The translations under genes were made by a program, and so were the position numbers. The notes under the pieces were generated by a model that saw only the letters and a program-made list of their open reading frames with translations, was not told the origin of the DNA and did no database searches. Shown piece by piece: positions 1-15,500 of a DNA stretch of 64,000 bases. The stretch comes from the human T2T-CHM13v2.0 reference genome, Homo sapiens: NCBI RefSeq assembly GCF_009914755.1, contig NC_060925.1; one strand, 5' to 3'. Numbering within the stretch: position 1 is the stretch's first letter; every line of letters starts with the position of its first letter.

Positions 1-482
1 GAATGCAATCATCGAATGGTCTCGAATGGAATCATGTTCAAATGGAATGGAATGGAATCATCGCATAGAATCGAATGTAATTATCATCGAATGGAATCGA
101 ATGAAATCAACAACAAACGGAAAAAAAAAGGAATTATCGAATGGAATCAAAGAGAATCATCGAATGGACCCGAATGGAATCATCTAATGGAATGGAATGG
201 AATAATCCATGGACTCGAATGCAATCATCATCGAATGGAATCGAATGGAATCATCGAATGGACTCGAATGGAATAATCATAGAACGGAATCGAATGGAAT
301 CATCATCGGATGGAAATGAATGGAATCATCATCGAATGGAATCGAATAGAATTATGGAATGAAATCCAGTGTGATCATCATCGAATGCACCCGAATGGAA
401 TCATCATCCAACGGAATCTAATGGAAACAACATCGAATGAATCGAATGGAAACACCATCGAATTGAAACGAGTGGAATTATC

Positions 483-1790
483 ATGAAATTGAAATGGATG
501 GACTCATCATCGAATGGATTCGAATGGAATCATCGAATAAAATTGATTGAAATCATCATCAAATGGAATCGAATGGTAGCATTGAATGGAATCGAATGGA
601 ATCATCATCAGATGGAAATGAATGGAATCGTCATAGAATGGAATCGAATGGATTCGTTGAATGGAATCAGATGGAATCATCGAATGGACTGGAATGGAAT
701 CATTGAATGGACTCGAGAGGGATCATTATTGAATGGAATTGAATGGAATCATAGAATGGTCTCGATTGGAATCATTATCAAATGGAATCGAATGGAATCA
801 CCGAATAGAATCGAATGGAACAATCATCGAATGGACTCCAATGGAATTATCCTCAAATGGAATCGAATGGAATTATCGAATGCAATCGAATGGAATTATC
901 GAATGCAATCGAATAGAATCATCGAATGGACTCGAATGGAATCATCGAATGGAATGGAATGGAACAGTCAATGAACTCGAATGGAATCATCATTGAATGG
1001 AATCGAATGGAATCATCGAGTGGAATCGAATGGAATTATGATCAAATGGAATCGAATGTAATCATCATCAAATGGAATCAAAGATAACCATCATCAATTG
1101 GTATTGAATGGAATTGTCATCAAATGGAATTCAAAGGAATCATCACCAAATGGAACCGAAAGGAATCCTAATTGAATGGAAATGAAAGGGGTCATCATCT
1201 AATGGAATCGCATGGAATCATCATCAAATGGAATCGAATGGAATCATCATCAGATGGAATCTAATGGAATCATTGAACAGAATTGAATGGAATCGTCATC
1301 GAATGAATTGAATGCAATCATCGAATGGTCTCGAATGGAATCATCTTCAAATGGAATGGAATGGAATCATCGCATAGAATCGAATGGAATTATCATCGAA
1401 TGGAATCGAATGGAATCAACATCAAACGGAAAAAAACGGAATTATCGAATGGAATCGAAGAGAATCATAGAATGGTCCCGAATGGAATCGTCTAATGGAA
1501 TGGAATGGAATAATCCATGGACTCGAATGCAATCATCATCGAATGGAATCGAATGGAATCATCGAATGGACTCGAATGGAATAATCACTGAACGGAATCG
1601 AATGGAATCATCATCGGATGGAAATGAATGGAATCATTATCGAATGGAATCGAATAGAATTATGGAATGAAATCCAGTGTCATCATCATCGAATGGACCT
1701 GAATGGAATCATCATCCAACGGAAGCTAATGGAATCAACATCGAATGAATCGAATGGAAACACCATCGAATTGAAACGAGTGGAATTATC
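483..1790 (+). repeat. Short 1308-bp unit (n=1); also at 35358-36656 (1299 bp) and 52727-54034
   Basis: Landmark spacing is 1308, with only one sub-repeat start (1287). Confidence 0.92.
1127..1132. other. EcoRI site GAATTC, once per unit (about landmark+644)
   Basis: CAAATGGAATTCAAAGG is seen in each unit, e.g. 1127, 36002, 37772 and 39548. Confidence 0.9.
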
Positions 1791-4034
1791 ATGAAATTGA
1801 AATGGATGGACTCATCATCGAATGGATTCGAATGGAATCATCGAATAAAATTGATTGAAATCATCATCAAATGGAATCGAATGGTAGCATTGAATGGAAT
1901 CGAATGGAATCATCATCAGATGGAAATGAATGGAATCGTCATAGAATGGAATCGAATGGATTCATTGAATGGAATCAGAGGGAATCTTCGAATGGACTGG
2001 AATGGAATCATTGAATGGACTCAAAAGGGATCATTATTGAATGGAATTGAATGGAATCATCGAATGGTCTCGATTGGAATCATTATCAAATGGAATCGAA
2101 TGGAATCACCGAATAGAATCGAATGGAACAATCATCGAATGGACTCAAATGAAATTATCCTCAAGTGGAATCGAATGGAATTATCGAATGCAATCGAATG
2201 GAATTATCGAATGCAATCGAATAGAATCATCGAATGGACTCGAATGGAATCATCGAATGGAATGGAATGGAACAGTCAATGAACTCGAATGGAATCATCA
2301 TTGAATGGAATCGAATGGAATCATCGAGTGGAATCGAATGGAATTATGATCAAATGGAATCGAATGTAATCATCATCAAATGGAATCAAAAATAACCATC
2401 ATCAATTGGTATTCAATGGAATTGTCATCAAATGGAATTCAAAGGTATCATCATCAAATGGAACCGAATGGAATCCTCATTGAATGGAAATGAAAGGGGT
2501 CATCATCTAATGGAATCACATGGAATCATCATCAAATGGAATCGAATGGAATCATCATCAAATGGAATCTAATGGAATCATTGAACAGAATTGAATGGAA
2601 TCGTCATCGAATGAATTGAATGCAATCATCGAATGGTCTCGAATGGAATCATCTTCTAATGGAAAGGAATGGAATCATCGCATAGAATCGAATGGAATTA
2701 ACATTGAATGGACTCGAATGGAATCCACATCAAACGGAATCAAGCGGAATTATCGAATGGAATCGAAGAGAATCATCGAATGGACCCGAATGGAATCATC
2801 TAATGGAATGGAATGGAATAATCCACGGACTCGAATGCAAACATCATCGTATAGAATCGAATGGAATCATTGAATGGACTCGAATGGAATAATCATTGAA
2901 CGGAATCAAATGGAATCATCATCGGATGGAAACGAATGGAATCATCATCGAATGGAAAAGAAAAGAGTCATCATCTAATGGAATTGCATGGAATCATCAT
3001 AAAATGGAATCGAATGGAATCAACATCAAATGGAATCAAATGGAATCATTGAACGGAATTGAATGGAATCGTCATCGAATGAATTGAATGCAATCATCGA
3101 ATGGTCTCGAATGGAATCATCTTCTAATGGAAAGTAATGGAATCATCGCATAGAATCGAATGGAATTAAAATTGAATGGACTCGAATGGAATCAACACCA
3201 AACGGAAAAAAACGGAATTATCGAATGGAATCGAAGAGAATCATCGAATGGACCCGAATGGAATCATCTAATGGAATGGAATGGAATAATCCATGGACTC
3301 GAATGCAATCATCATCGAATGGAATCGAATGGAATCATCGAATGGACTCGAATGGAATAATCATTGAACGGAATCGAATGGAATCATCATCGGATGGAAA
3401 AGAATGGAATCATCATCGAATGGAAATGAAAGGTGTCATCATCTAATGGAATTGCATGGAATCATCATAAAATGGAATCGAATGGAATCAACATCAAATG
3501 GAATCCAATGGAATCATTGAACGGAATTGAATGGAATCGTCATCGAATCAATTGAATGCAATCATCGAATGGTCTCGAATGGAATCATGTTCAAATGGAA
3601 TGGAATGGAATCATCGCATAGAATCGAATGTAATTATCATCGAATGGAATCGAATGAAATCAACAACAAACGGAAAAAAAAGGAATTATCGAATGGAATC
3701 AAAGAGAATCATCGAATGGACCCGAATGGAATCATCTAATGGAATGGAATGGAATAATCCATGGACTCGAATGCAATCATCATCGAATGGAATCGAATGG
3801 AATCATCGAATGGACTCGAATGGAATAATCATAGAACGGAATCGAATGGAATCATCATCGGATGGAAATGAATGGAATCAGCATCGAATGGAATCGAATA
3901 GAATTATGGAATGAAATCCAGTGTGATCATCATCGAATGCACCCGAATGGAATCATCATCCAACGGAATCTAATGGAAACAACATCGAATGAATCGAATG
4001 GAAACACCATCGAATTGAAACGAGTGGAATTATC

Positions 4035-5810
4035 ATGAAATTGAAATGGATGGACTCATCATCGAATGGATTCGAATGGAATCATCGAATAAAATTGATT
4101 GAAATCATCATCAAATGGAATCGAATGGTATCATTGAATGGAATCGAATGGAATCATCATCAGATGGAAATGAATGGAATCGTCATAGAATGGAATCGAA
4201 TGGATTCATTGAATGGAATCAGATGGAATCATCGAATGGACTGGAATGGAATCATTGAATGGACTCGAGAGGGATCATTATTGAATGGAATTGAATGGAA
4301 TCATGGAATGGTCTCGATTGGAATCATTATCAAATGGAATCGAATGGAATCACCGAATAGAATCGAATGGAACAATCATCGAATGGACTCCAATGGAATT
4401 ATCCTCAAATGGAATCGAATGGAATTATCGAATGCAATCGAATGGAATTATCGAATGCAATCGAATAGAATCATCGAATGGACTCGAATGGAATCATCGA
4501 ATGGAATGGAATGGAACAGTCAATGAACTCGAATGGAATCATCTTTGAATGGAATCGAAAGGAATCATCGAGTGGAATCGAATGGAATTATGATCAAATG
4601 GAATCGAATGTAATCATCATCAAATGGAATCAAAGATAACCATCATCAATTGGTATTGAATGGAATTGTCATCAAATGGAATTCAAAGGAATCATCACCA
4701 AATGGAACCGAAAGGAATCCTCATTGAATGGAAATGAAAGGGGTCATCATTTAATGGAATCGCATGGAATCATCATCAAATGGAATCGAATGGAATCATC
4801 ATCAGATGGAATCTAATGGAATCATTGAACAGAATTGAATGGAATCGTCATCGAATGAATTGAATGCAATCATCGAATGGTCTCGAACGGAATCATCTTC
4901 TAATGGAAAGGAATGGAATCATCGCATAGAATCGAATGGAATTAACATTGAATGGACTCGAATGGAATCAACATCAAACGGAATCAAGCGGAATTATCGA
5001 ATGGAATCGAAGAGAATCATCGAATGGACTCGAATGAAATCATCTAATGGAATAGAATGGAATAATCCACGGACTCGAATGCAATCATCATCGTATAGAA
5101 TCGAATGGAATCATCGAAAGGACTCGAAAGGAATAATCATTGAACGGAATCGAATGGAATCATCATCGGATGGAAACGAATGGAATCATCATCGAATGGT
5201 AATGAAAGGAGTCATCATCTAATGGAATTGCATGGAATCATCATAAAATGGAATCGAATGGAATCATCATCAAATGGAATCAAATGGAATCATTGAACGG
5301 AATTGAATGGAATCGTCATCGAATGAATTGAATGCAATCATCGAATGGTCTCGAATGGAATCATCTTCAAATGGAATGGAATGGAATCATCGCATAGAAT
5401 CGAATGGAATTATCATCGAATGGAATCGAATGGAATCAACATCAAATGGAAAAAAACGGAATTATCGAATGGAATCGAAGAGAATCATCGAATGGACCCG
5501 AATGGAATCATCTAATGGAATGGAATGGAATAATCCATGGACTCGAATGCAATCATCATCGAATGGAATCGAATGGAATCATCGAATGGACTCGAATGGA
5601 ATAATCATCAAACGGAATCGAATGGAATCATCATCGGATGGAAATGAATAGAATCATCATCGAATGGAATCGAATAGAATTATGGAATGAAATCCAGTGT
5701 GATCATCATCGAATGCACCCGAATGGAATCATCATCCAACGGAAGCTAATGGAATCAACATCGAATGAATCGAATGGAAACACCATCGAATTGAAACGAA
5801 TGGAATTATC
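4035..5810 (+). repeat. Representative canonical 1776-bp unit (n=2)
   Basis: Landmark-to-landmark distance from 4035 to 5811 is 1776. It contains one GAATTC and two sub-repeat starts (4839 and 5307, 468 apart). Confidence 0.92.
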
Positions 5811-8800
5811 ATGAAATTGAAATGGATGGACTCATCATCGAATGGATTCGAATGGAATCATCGAATAAAATTAATTGAAATCATCATCAAATGGAATCGA
5901 ATGGTATCATTGAATGGAATCGAATGGAATCATCATCAGATGGAAATGAATGGAATCGTCATAGAATGGAATCGAATGGATTCATTGAGTGGAATCAGAT
6001 GGAATCATCGAATGGACTGGAATGGAATCACTGAATGGACTCGAAAGGGATCATCATTGAATGGAATTGAATGGAATCATCGAATGGTCTCGATTGGAAT
6101 CATTATCAAATGGAATCGAATGAAATCACCGAATAGAATCGAATGGAACAATCATCGAATGGACTCAAATGGAATTATCTTCAAATGGAATCGAATGGAA
6201 TTATCGAATGCAATCGAATGGAATTATCGAATGCAATCGAATAGAATCATCGAATGGACTCGAATGGAATCATCGAATGGAATGGAATGGAACAGTCAAT
6301 GAACTCGAATGGAATCATCATTGAATGGAATCGAATGGAATCATCGAGTGGAATCGAATGGAATTATGATCAAATGGAATCGAATGTAATCATCATCAAA
6401 TGGAATCAAAAATAACGATCATCAATTGGTATTGAATGGATTTGTCATCAAATGGAATTCAAAGGAATCATCATCAAATGGAACCGAATGGAATCCTCAT
6501 TGAATGGAAATGAAAGGGGTCATCATCTAATGGAATCACATGGAATCATCATCAAATGGAATCGAATGCAATCTTCATCAAATGGAATCTAATGGAATCA
6601 TTGAACAGAATTGAATGGAATCGTCATCGAATGAATTGAATGCAATCATCGAATGGTCTCGAATGGAATCATCTTCTAATGGAAAGGAATGGAATCATCG
6701 CATAGAATCGAATGGAATTAACATTGAATGGACTCGAATGGAATCCACATCAAACGGAATCAAGCGGAATTATCGAATGGAATCGAAGAGAATCATCCAA
6801 TGGACTCGAATGGAATCATCTAATGGAATGGAATGGAATAATCCACGGACTCGAATGCAATCATCATCGTATAGAATCGAATGGAATCATCGAATGGACT
6901 CGAATGGAATAATCATTGAACGGAATCAAATGGAATCATCATCGGATGGAAACGAATGGAATCATCATCGAATGGAAATGAAAAGAGTCATCATCTAATG
7001 GAATTGCATGGAATCATCATAAAATGGAATCGAATGGAATCAACATCAAATGGAATCAAATGGAATCATTGAACGGAATTGAATGGAATCGTCATCGAAT
7101 GAATTGAATGCAATCATCGAATGGTCTCGAATGGAATCATCTTCAAATGGAATGGTATGGAATCCTCGCATAGAATCGAATGTAATTATCATCGAATGGA
7201 ATCGAATGAAATCAACAACAAACGGAAAAAAAAGGAATTATCGAATGGAATCGAAGAGAATCATCGAATGGACCCGAATGGAATGATCTAATGGAATGGA
7301 ATGGAATAATCCATGGACTCGAATGCAATCATCATCGAATGGAATCGAATCGAATCATCGAATGGACTCGAATGGAATAATCATTGAACGGAATCGCATG
7401 GAGTCATCATCGGATGGAACTGAATGGAATCATCATCGAATGGAATCGAATAGAATTATGGAATGAAATCCAGTGTGATCAGCATCGAATGGACCCGAAT
7501 GGAATCATCATCCAACGGAAGCTAATGGAATCAACATCGAATGAATCGAATGGAAACACCATCGAATTGAAACGAATGGAATTATCATGAAAGTGAAATG
7601 GATGGACTCGTCATCGAATGGATTCGAATGGAATCATCGAATAAAATTGATTGAAATCATCATCAAGTGGAATCGAATGGTATCATTGAATGGAATCGAA
7701 TGGAATCATCAGATGGAAATGAATTGAATCGTCATAGAATGGAATCGAATGGATTCATTGAATGGAATCAGATGGAATCATCGAATGGACTGGAATGGAA
7801 TCATTGAATGGACTCGAAAGGGATCATTATTGAATGGCATTGAATGGAATCATCGAATGGTCTCGATTGGAATCATTATCAAATGGAATCGAATGGAATC
7901 ACCAAATAGAATCGAATGGAACAATCATCGAATGGACTCAAATGGAATTATCCTCAAATGGAATCGAATGGAATTATCGAATGCAATCGAATGGAATTAT
8001 CGAATGCAATCGAATAGAATCATCGAATAGATTCGAATGGAATCATCGAATGGAATGGAATGGAACAGTCAATGAACTCGAATGGAATCATCATTGAATG
8101 GAATCGAATGGAATCATCGAGTGGAATCGAATGGAATTTTGATCAAAAGGAATCGAATGTAATAATCATCAAATGGAATCAAAAATAACAATCATCAATT
8201 GGTATTGAATGGAATTGTCATCAAATGGAATTCAAAGGAATCATCATCAAATGGAACCGAATGGAATCCTCATTGAATGGAAATGAAAGGGGTCATCATC
8301 TAATGGAATCACATGGAATCATCATCAAATGGAATCGAAAGGAATCATCATCAAATGGAATCTAATGGAATCATTGAACAGAATTGAATGGAATCGTCAT
8401 TGAATGAATTGAATACAATCATCGAATGGTCTCGAATGGAATCATCTTCTAATGGAAAGGAATGGAATCATCGCATAGAATCGAATGGAATTAACATTGA
8501 ATGGACTCGAATGGAATCAATATCTAACGGAATCAAGCGGAATTATCGAATGTAATCGAAGAGAACCATCGAATGGACTCGAATGGAATCATCTAATGGA
8601 ATGGAATGGAATAATCCACGGACTCGAATTCAATCATCATCGTATAGAATCGAATGGAATCATTGAATGGACTCGAATGGAATCATCATTGAACGGAATC
8701 GAATGGAATCATCATCGGATGGAAACGAATGGAATTATCATCGAATGGAAATGAAAGGAGTCATCATCTAATGGAATCGCATGGAATCATCATAAAATGG

Positions 8801-9824
8801 AATCGAATGGAATCAACATCAAATGGAATCAAATGGAATCATTGAACGGAATTGAATGGAATCGTCATCGTATGAATTGAATGCAATCATCGAATGGTCT
8901 CGAATGGAATCATCTTCAAATGGAATGGAATGGAATCATCGCATAGAATCGAATGGAATTATCATCGAATGGAATCGAAAGGTATCAACATCAAACGGAA
9001 AAAAACGGAATTATCGAATGGAATCGAAGAGAATCATCGAACGGACCCGAATGGAATCATCTAATGGAAAGGAATGGAATAATCCATGGACTCGAATCCA
9101 ATCATCATCGAATGGAATCGAATGGAATCATTGAAAGGACTCTAATGGAATAATCATTGAACGGAATCGAATGGAATCATCATCGAATGGAAACTAATGG
9201 AATCATCATCGAATGGAAATGAAAGGAGTCATCTAATGGAATTGCACGGAATCAACATAAAATGGAATCGAATGGAATCAACATCAAATGGAATGAAATG
9301 GAATCATTGAACGGAATTGAATGGAATCTTCATCGAATGAATTGAATGCAATCATCGAATGGTCTCGAATGGAATCATCTTCAAATGGAATGGAATGGAA
9401 TCATCGCATAGAATCGAATGGAATTATCATCGAATGGAATCGAATGGAATCAACATCAAACGGAAAAAAACGGAATTATCGAATGGAATCGAAGAGAATC
9501 ATAGAATGGTCCCGAATGGAATCATCTAATGGAATGGAATGGAATAATCCATGTACTCGAATGCAATCATCATCTAATGGAATCGAATGGAATCATCGAA
9601 TGGACTCGAATGGAATAATCATTGAACGGAATCGAATGGAATCATCATCGGATGGAAATGAATGGAATCATTATCGAATGGAATCGAATAGAATTATGGA
9701 ATGAAATCCAGTGTCATCATCATCGAATGGACCCGAATGGAATCATCATCCAACGGAAGCTAATGGAATCAACATCGAATGAATCGAATGGAAACACCAT
9801 CGAATTGAAACGAGTGGAATTATC

Positions 9825-12536
9825 ATGAAATTGAAATGGATGGACTCATCATCGAATGGATTCGAATGGAATCATCGAATAAAATTGATTGAAATTGTCA
9901 TCAAATGGAATCGAATGGAAGCATTGAGTGGAATCGAATGGAATCATCATCAGATGGAAATGAATGGAATCGTCATAGAATGGAATCGAATGGATTCATT
10001 GAATGGAATCAGATGGAATCTTCGAATGGACTGGAATGGAATCATTGAATGGACTCGAAAGGGATCATTATTGAATGGAATTGAATGGAATCATCGAATG
10101 GTCTCGATTGGAATCATTATCAAATGGAATCGAATGGAATCACCGAATAGAATCGAATGGAACAATCATCGAATGGACTCAAATGAAATTATCCTCAAGT
10201 GGAATCGAATGGAATTATCGAATGCAATCGAATGGAATTATCGAATGCAATCGAATAGAATCATCGAATGGACTCGAATGTAATCATCAAATGGAATGGA
10301 ATGGAACAGTCAATGAACTCGAATGGAATCATCATTGAATGGAATCGAATGGAATCATCGAGTGGAATCGAATGGAATTATGATCAAATGGAATCGAATG
10401 TAATCATCATCAAATGGAATCAAAAATAACCATCATCAATTGGTATTCAATGGAATTGTCATCAAATGGAATTCAAAGGTATCATCATCAAATGGAACCG
10501 AATGGAATCCTCATTGAATGGAAATGAAAGGGGTCATCATCTAATGGAATCGCATGGAATCATCATCAAATGGAATCGAATGGAATCATCATCAAATGGA
10601 ATCTAATGGAATCATTGAACAGAATTGAATGGAATCGTCATCGAATGAATTGAATGCAATCATCGAATGGTCTCGAATGGAATCATCTTCTAATGGAAAG
10701 GAATGGAATCATCGCATAGAATCGAATGGAATTAACATTGAATGGACTCGAATGGAATCCACATCAAACGGAATCAAGCGGAATTATCGAATGGAATCGA
10801 AGAGAATCATCGAATGGACTCGAATGGAATCATCTAATGGAATGGAATGGAATAATCCACGGACTCGAATGCAATCATCATCGTATAGAATCGAATGGAA
10901 TCATCGAATGGACTCGAATGGAATAATCATTGAACGGAATCAAATGGAATCATCATCGGATGGAAACGAATGGAATCATCATCGAATGGAAATGAAAAGA
11001 GTCATCATCTAATGGAATCGCATGGAATCATCATAAAATGGAATCGAATGGAATCAACATCAAATGGAATCAAATGGAATCATTGAACGGAATTGAATGG
11101 AATCGTCATCGTATGAATTGAATGCAATCATCGAATGGTCTCGAATGGAATCATCTTCAAATGGAATGGAATGGAATCATCGCATAGAATCGAATGGAAT
11201 TATCATCGAATGGAATCGAATGGAATCAACATCAAACGGAAAAAAACGGAATTATCGAATAGAATCGAAGAGAATCATCGAACGGACCCGAATGGAATCA
11301 TCTAATGGAATGGAATGGAATAATCCATGGACTCGAATGCAATCATCATCGAATGGAATCGAATGGAATCATCGAATGGACTCGAATGGAATAATCATTG
11401 AACGGAATCGAATGGAATCATCATCGGATGGAAACGAATGGAATCATCATCGAATGGAAATGAAAGGATTCATCATCTAATGGAATTGCATGGAATCATC
11501 ATAAAATGGAATCGAATGGAATCAACATCAAATGGAATCAAATGGAATCATTGAACGGAATTGAATAGAATCGTCATCGAATGAAATGAATGCAATCATC
11601 GAATGGTCTCGAATGGAATCATCTTCTAATGGAAAGTAATGGAATCATCGCATAGAATCGAATGGAATTAAAATTGAATGGACTCGAATGGAATCAACAT
11701 CAAACGGAAAGAAACGGAATTATCGAATGGAATCGAAGAGAATCATCGAATGGACCCGAATGGAATCATCTAATGGAATGGAATGGAATAATCCATGGAC
11801 TCGAATGCAATCATCATCGAATGGAATCGAATGGAATCATCGAATGGACTCGAATGGAATAATCATTGAACGGAATCGAATGGAATCATCATCGGATGGA
11901 AAAGAATGGAATCATCATCGAATGGAAATGAAAGGAGTCATCATCTAATGGAATTGCATGGAATCATCATAAAATGGAATCGAATGGAATCAACATCAAA
12001 TGGAATCCAATGGAATCATTGAACGGAATTGAATGGAATCGTCATCGAATCAATTGAATGCAATCATCGAATGGTCTCGAATGGAATCATGTTCAAATGG
12101 AATGGAATGGAATCATCGCATAGAATCGAATGGAATTATCATCGAATGGAATCGAATGAAATCAACAACAAACGGAAAAAAAAGGAATTATCGAATGGAA
12201 TCAAAGAGAATCATCGAATGGACCCGAATGGAATCATCTAATGGAATGGAATGGAATAATCCATGGACTCGAATGCAATCATCATCGAATGGAATCGAAT
12301 GGAATCATCGAATGGACTCGAATGGAATAATCATAGAACGGAATCGAATGGAATCATCATCGGATGGAAATGAATGGAATCAGCATCGAATGGAATCGAA
12401 TAGAATTATGGAATGAAATCCAGTGTGATCATCATCGAATGCACCCGAATGGAATCATCATCCAAAGGAATCTAATGGAAACAACATCGAATGAATCGAA
12501 TGGAAACACCATCGAATTGAAACGAGTGGAATTATC
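9825..12536 (+). repeat. Long 2712-bp unit (n=4); also at 21044-23755 and 50024-52726 (2703 bp)
   Basis: Sub-repeat starts at 10629, 11097, 11565 and 12033, each 468 apart. Confidence 0.92.
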
Positions 12537-15500
12537 ATGAAATTGAAATGGATGGACTCATCATCGAATGGATTCGAATGGAATCATCGAATAAAATTGA
12601 TTGAAATCATCATCAAATGGAATCGAATGGTATCATTGAATGGAATCGAATGGAATCATCATCAGATGGAAATGAATGGAATCGTCATAGAATGGAATCG
12701 AATGGATTCATTGAATGGAATCAGATGGAATCATCGAATGGACTGGCATGGAATCATTGAATGGACTCGAGAGGGATCATTATTGAATGGAATTGAATGG
12801 AATCATGGAATGGTCTCGATTGGAATCATTATCAAATGGAATCGAATGGAATCACCAAATAGAATCGAATGGAACAATCATCGAATGGACTCCAATGGAA
12901 TTATCCTCAAATGGAATCGAATGGAATTATCGAATGCAATCGAATGGAATTATCGAATGCAATCGAATAGAATCATCGAATGGACTCGAATGGAATCATC
13001 GAATGGAATGGAATGGAACAGTCAATGAACTCGAATGGAATCATCATTGAATGGAATCGAATGGAATCATTGAGTGGAATCGAATGGAATTATGATCAAA
13101 TGGAATCGAATGTAATCATCATCAAATGGAATCAAAGATAACCATCATCAATTGGTATTGAATGGAATTGTCATCAAATGGAATTCAAAGGAATCATCAC
13201 CAAATGGAACCGAAAGGAATCCTCATTGAATGGAAATGAAAGGGGTCATCATCTAATGGAATCGCATGGAATCATCATCAAATGGAATCGAATGGAATCA
13301 TCATCAGATGGAATCTAATGGAATCATTGAACAGAATTGAATGGAATCGTCATCGAATGAATTGAATGCAATCATCGAATGGTCTCGAACGGAATCATCT
13401 TCTAATGGAAAGGAATGGAATCATCGCATAGAACCGAATGGAATTAACATTGAATGGACTCGAATGGAATCAACATCAAACGGAATCAAGCGGAATTATC
13501 GAATGGAATCGAAGAGAATCATCGAATGGACCCGAATGGAATCATCTAATGGAATGGAATGGAATAATCCACGGATTCGAATGCAATCATCATCGTATAG
13601 AATCGAATGGAATCATCGAAAGGACTCGAAAGGAATAATCATTGAACGGAATCGAATGGAATCATCATCGGATGGAAACGAATGGAATCATCATCGAATG
13701 GAAATGAAAGGAGTCATCATCTAATGGAATTGCATGGAATCATCATAAAATGGAATCGAATGGAATCAACATCAAATGGAATCAAATGGAATCATTGAAC
13801 GGAATTGAATGGAATCGTCATCGTATGAATTGAATGCAATCATCGAATGGTCTCGAATGGAATCATCTTCTAATGGAAAGGAATGGAATCATTGCATAGA
13901 ATCGAATGGAATTAACATTGAATGGACTCGAATGGAATCAACATCAAATGGAATCAAGCGGAATTATCGAATGAAATCGAAGAGAATCATCGAATGGACT
14001 CTAATGGAATCATCTAATGGAATGGAATGGAATAATCCACGGACTCGAATGCAATCATCATCGTATAGAATCGAATGGAATCATCGAATGGACTCGAATG
14101 GAATAACCATTGAACGGAATCGAATGGAATCATCATCGGATGGAAACGAATGGAATCATCATCGAATGGAAATGTAAGGAGTCATCATCTAATGGAATTG
14201 CATGGAATCATCATAAAATGGAATCGAATGGAATCATCATCAAATGGAATCAAATGGAATCATTGAACGGAATTGAATGGAATCGTCATCGAATGAATTG
14301 AATGCAATCATCGAATGGTCTCGAATGGAATCATCTTCAAATGGAATGGAATGGAATCATCGCATAGAATCGAATGGAATTATCATCGAATGGAATCGAA
14401 TGGTATCAACATCAAACGGAAAAAAACGGAATTATCGAATGGAATCGAAGAGAATCATCGAACGGACCCGCATGGAATCATCTAATGGAATGGAATGGAA
14501 TAATCCATGGACTCGAATGCAATCATCATCGAATGGAATCGAATGGAATCATTGAATGGACTCGAATGGAATAATCATTGAACGGAATCGAATGGAATCA
14601 TCATCGGATGGAAATGAATGGAATCATCATCGAATGGAATTGAATAGAATTATGGAATGAAATCCAGTGTGATCATCATCGAATGGACCCGAATGGAATC
14701 ATCATCCAACGGAAGCTAATGGAATCAACATCGAATGAATCGAATGGAAACACCATCGAATTGAAACGAATGGAATTATCATGAAATTGAAATGGATGGA
14801 CTCATCATCGAATGGATTCGAATGGAATCATCGAATAAAATTGATTGAAATCATCATCGAATGGAATCGAATGGTATCATTGAATGGAATCGAATGGAAT
14901 CATCATCAGATGGAAATGAATGGAATCGTCATAGAATGGAATCGAATGGATTCATTGAATAGAATCAGATGGAATCATCGAATGGACTGGAATGGAATCA
15001 TTGAATGGACTCGAAAGGGATCATGATTGAATGGAATTGAATGGAATCATCGAATGGTCTCGATTGGAATCATTATCAAATGGAATCGAATGGAATCACC
15101 GAATAGAATCGAATGGAACAATCATCGAATGGACTCAAATGGAATTATCCTCCAATGGAATCGAATGGAATTATCGAATGCAATCGAATGGAATTATCGA
15201 ATGCAATCGAATAGAATCATCGAAAGGACTCGAATGGAATCATCGAAAGGAATGGAATGGAACAGTCAATGAACTCGAATGGAATCATCATTGAATGGAA
15301 TCGAATGGAATCATCGAGTGGAATCGAATGGAATTATGATCAAATGGAATCGAATGTAAGCATCATCAAATGGAATCAAAAATAACCATCATCAATTGGT
15401 ATTGAATGGAATTGTCATCAAATGGAATTCAAAGGAATCATCATCAAATGGAACCGAATGGAATCCTCATTGAATGGAAATGAAAGGGGTAATCATCTAA

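Noticed and set aside
117-131. A-run ACGGAAAAAAACGG as a retrotransposon poly(A) tail with target-site duplication
   Set aside because: It is only 5-9 A long, is a fixed part of most 468 modules, and is replaced by GGAATCAAGCGG in the variant module, consistent with decayed pentamers.
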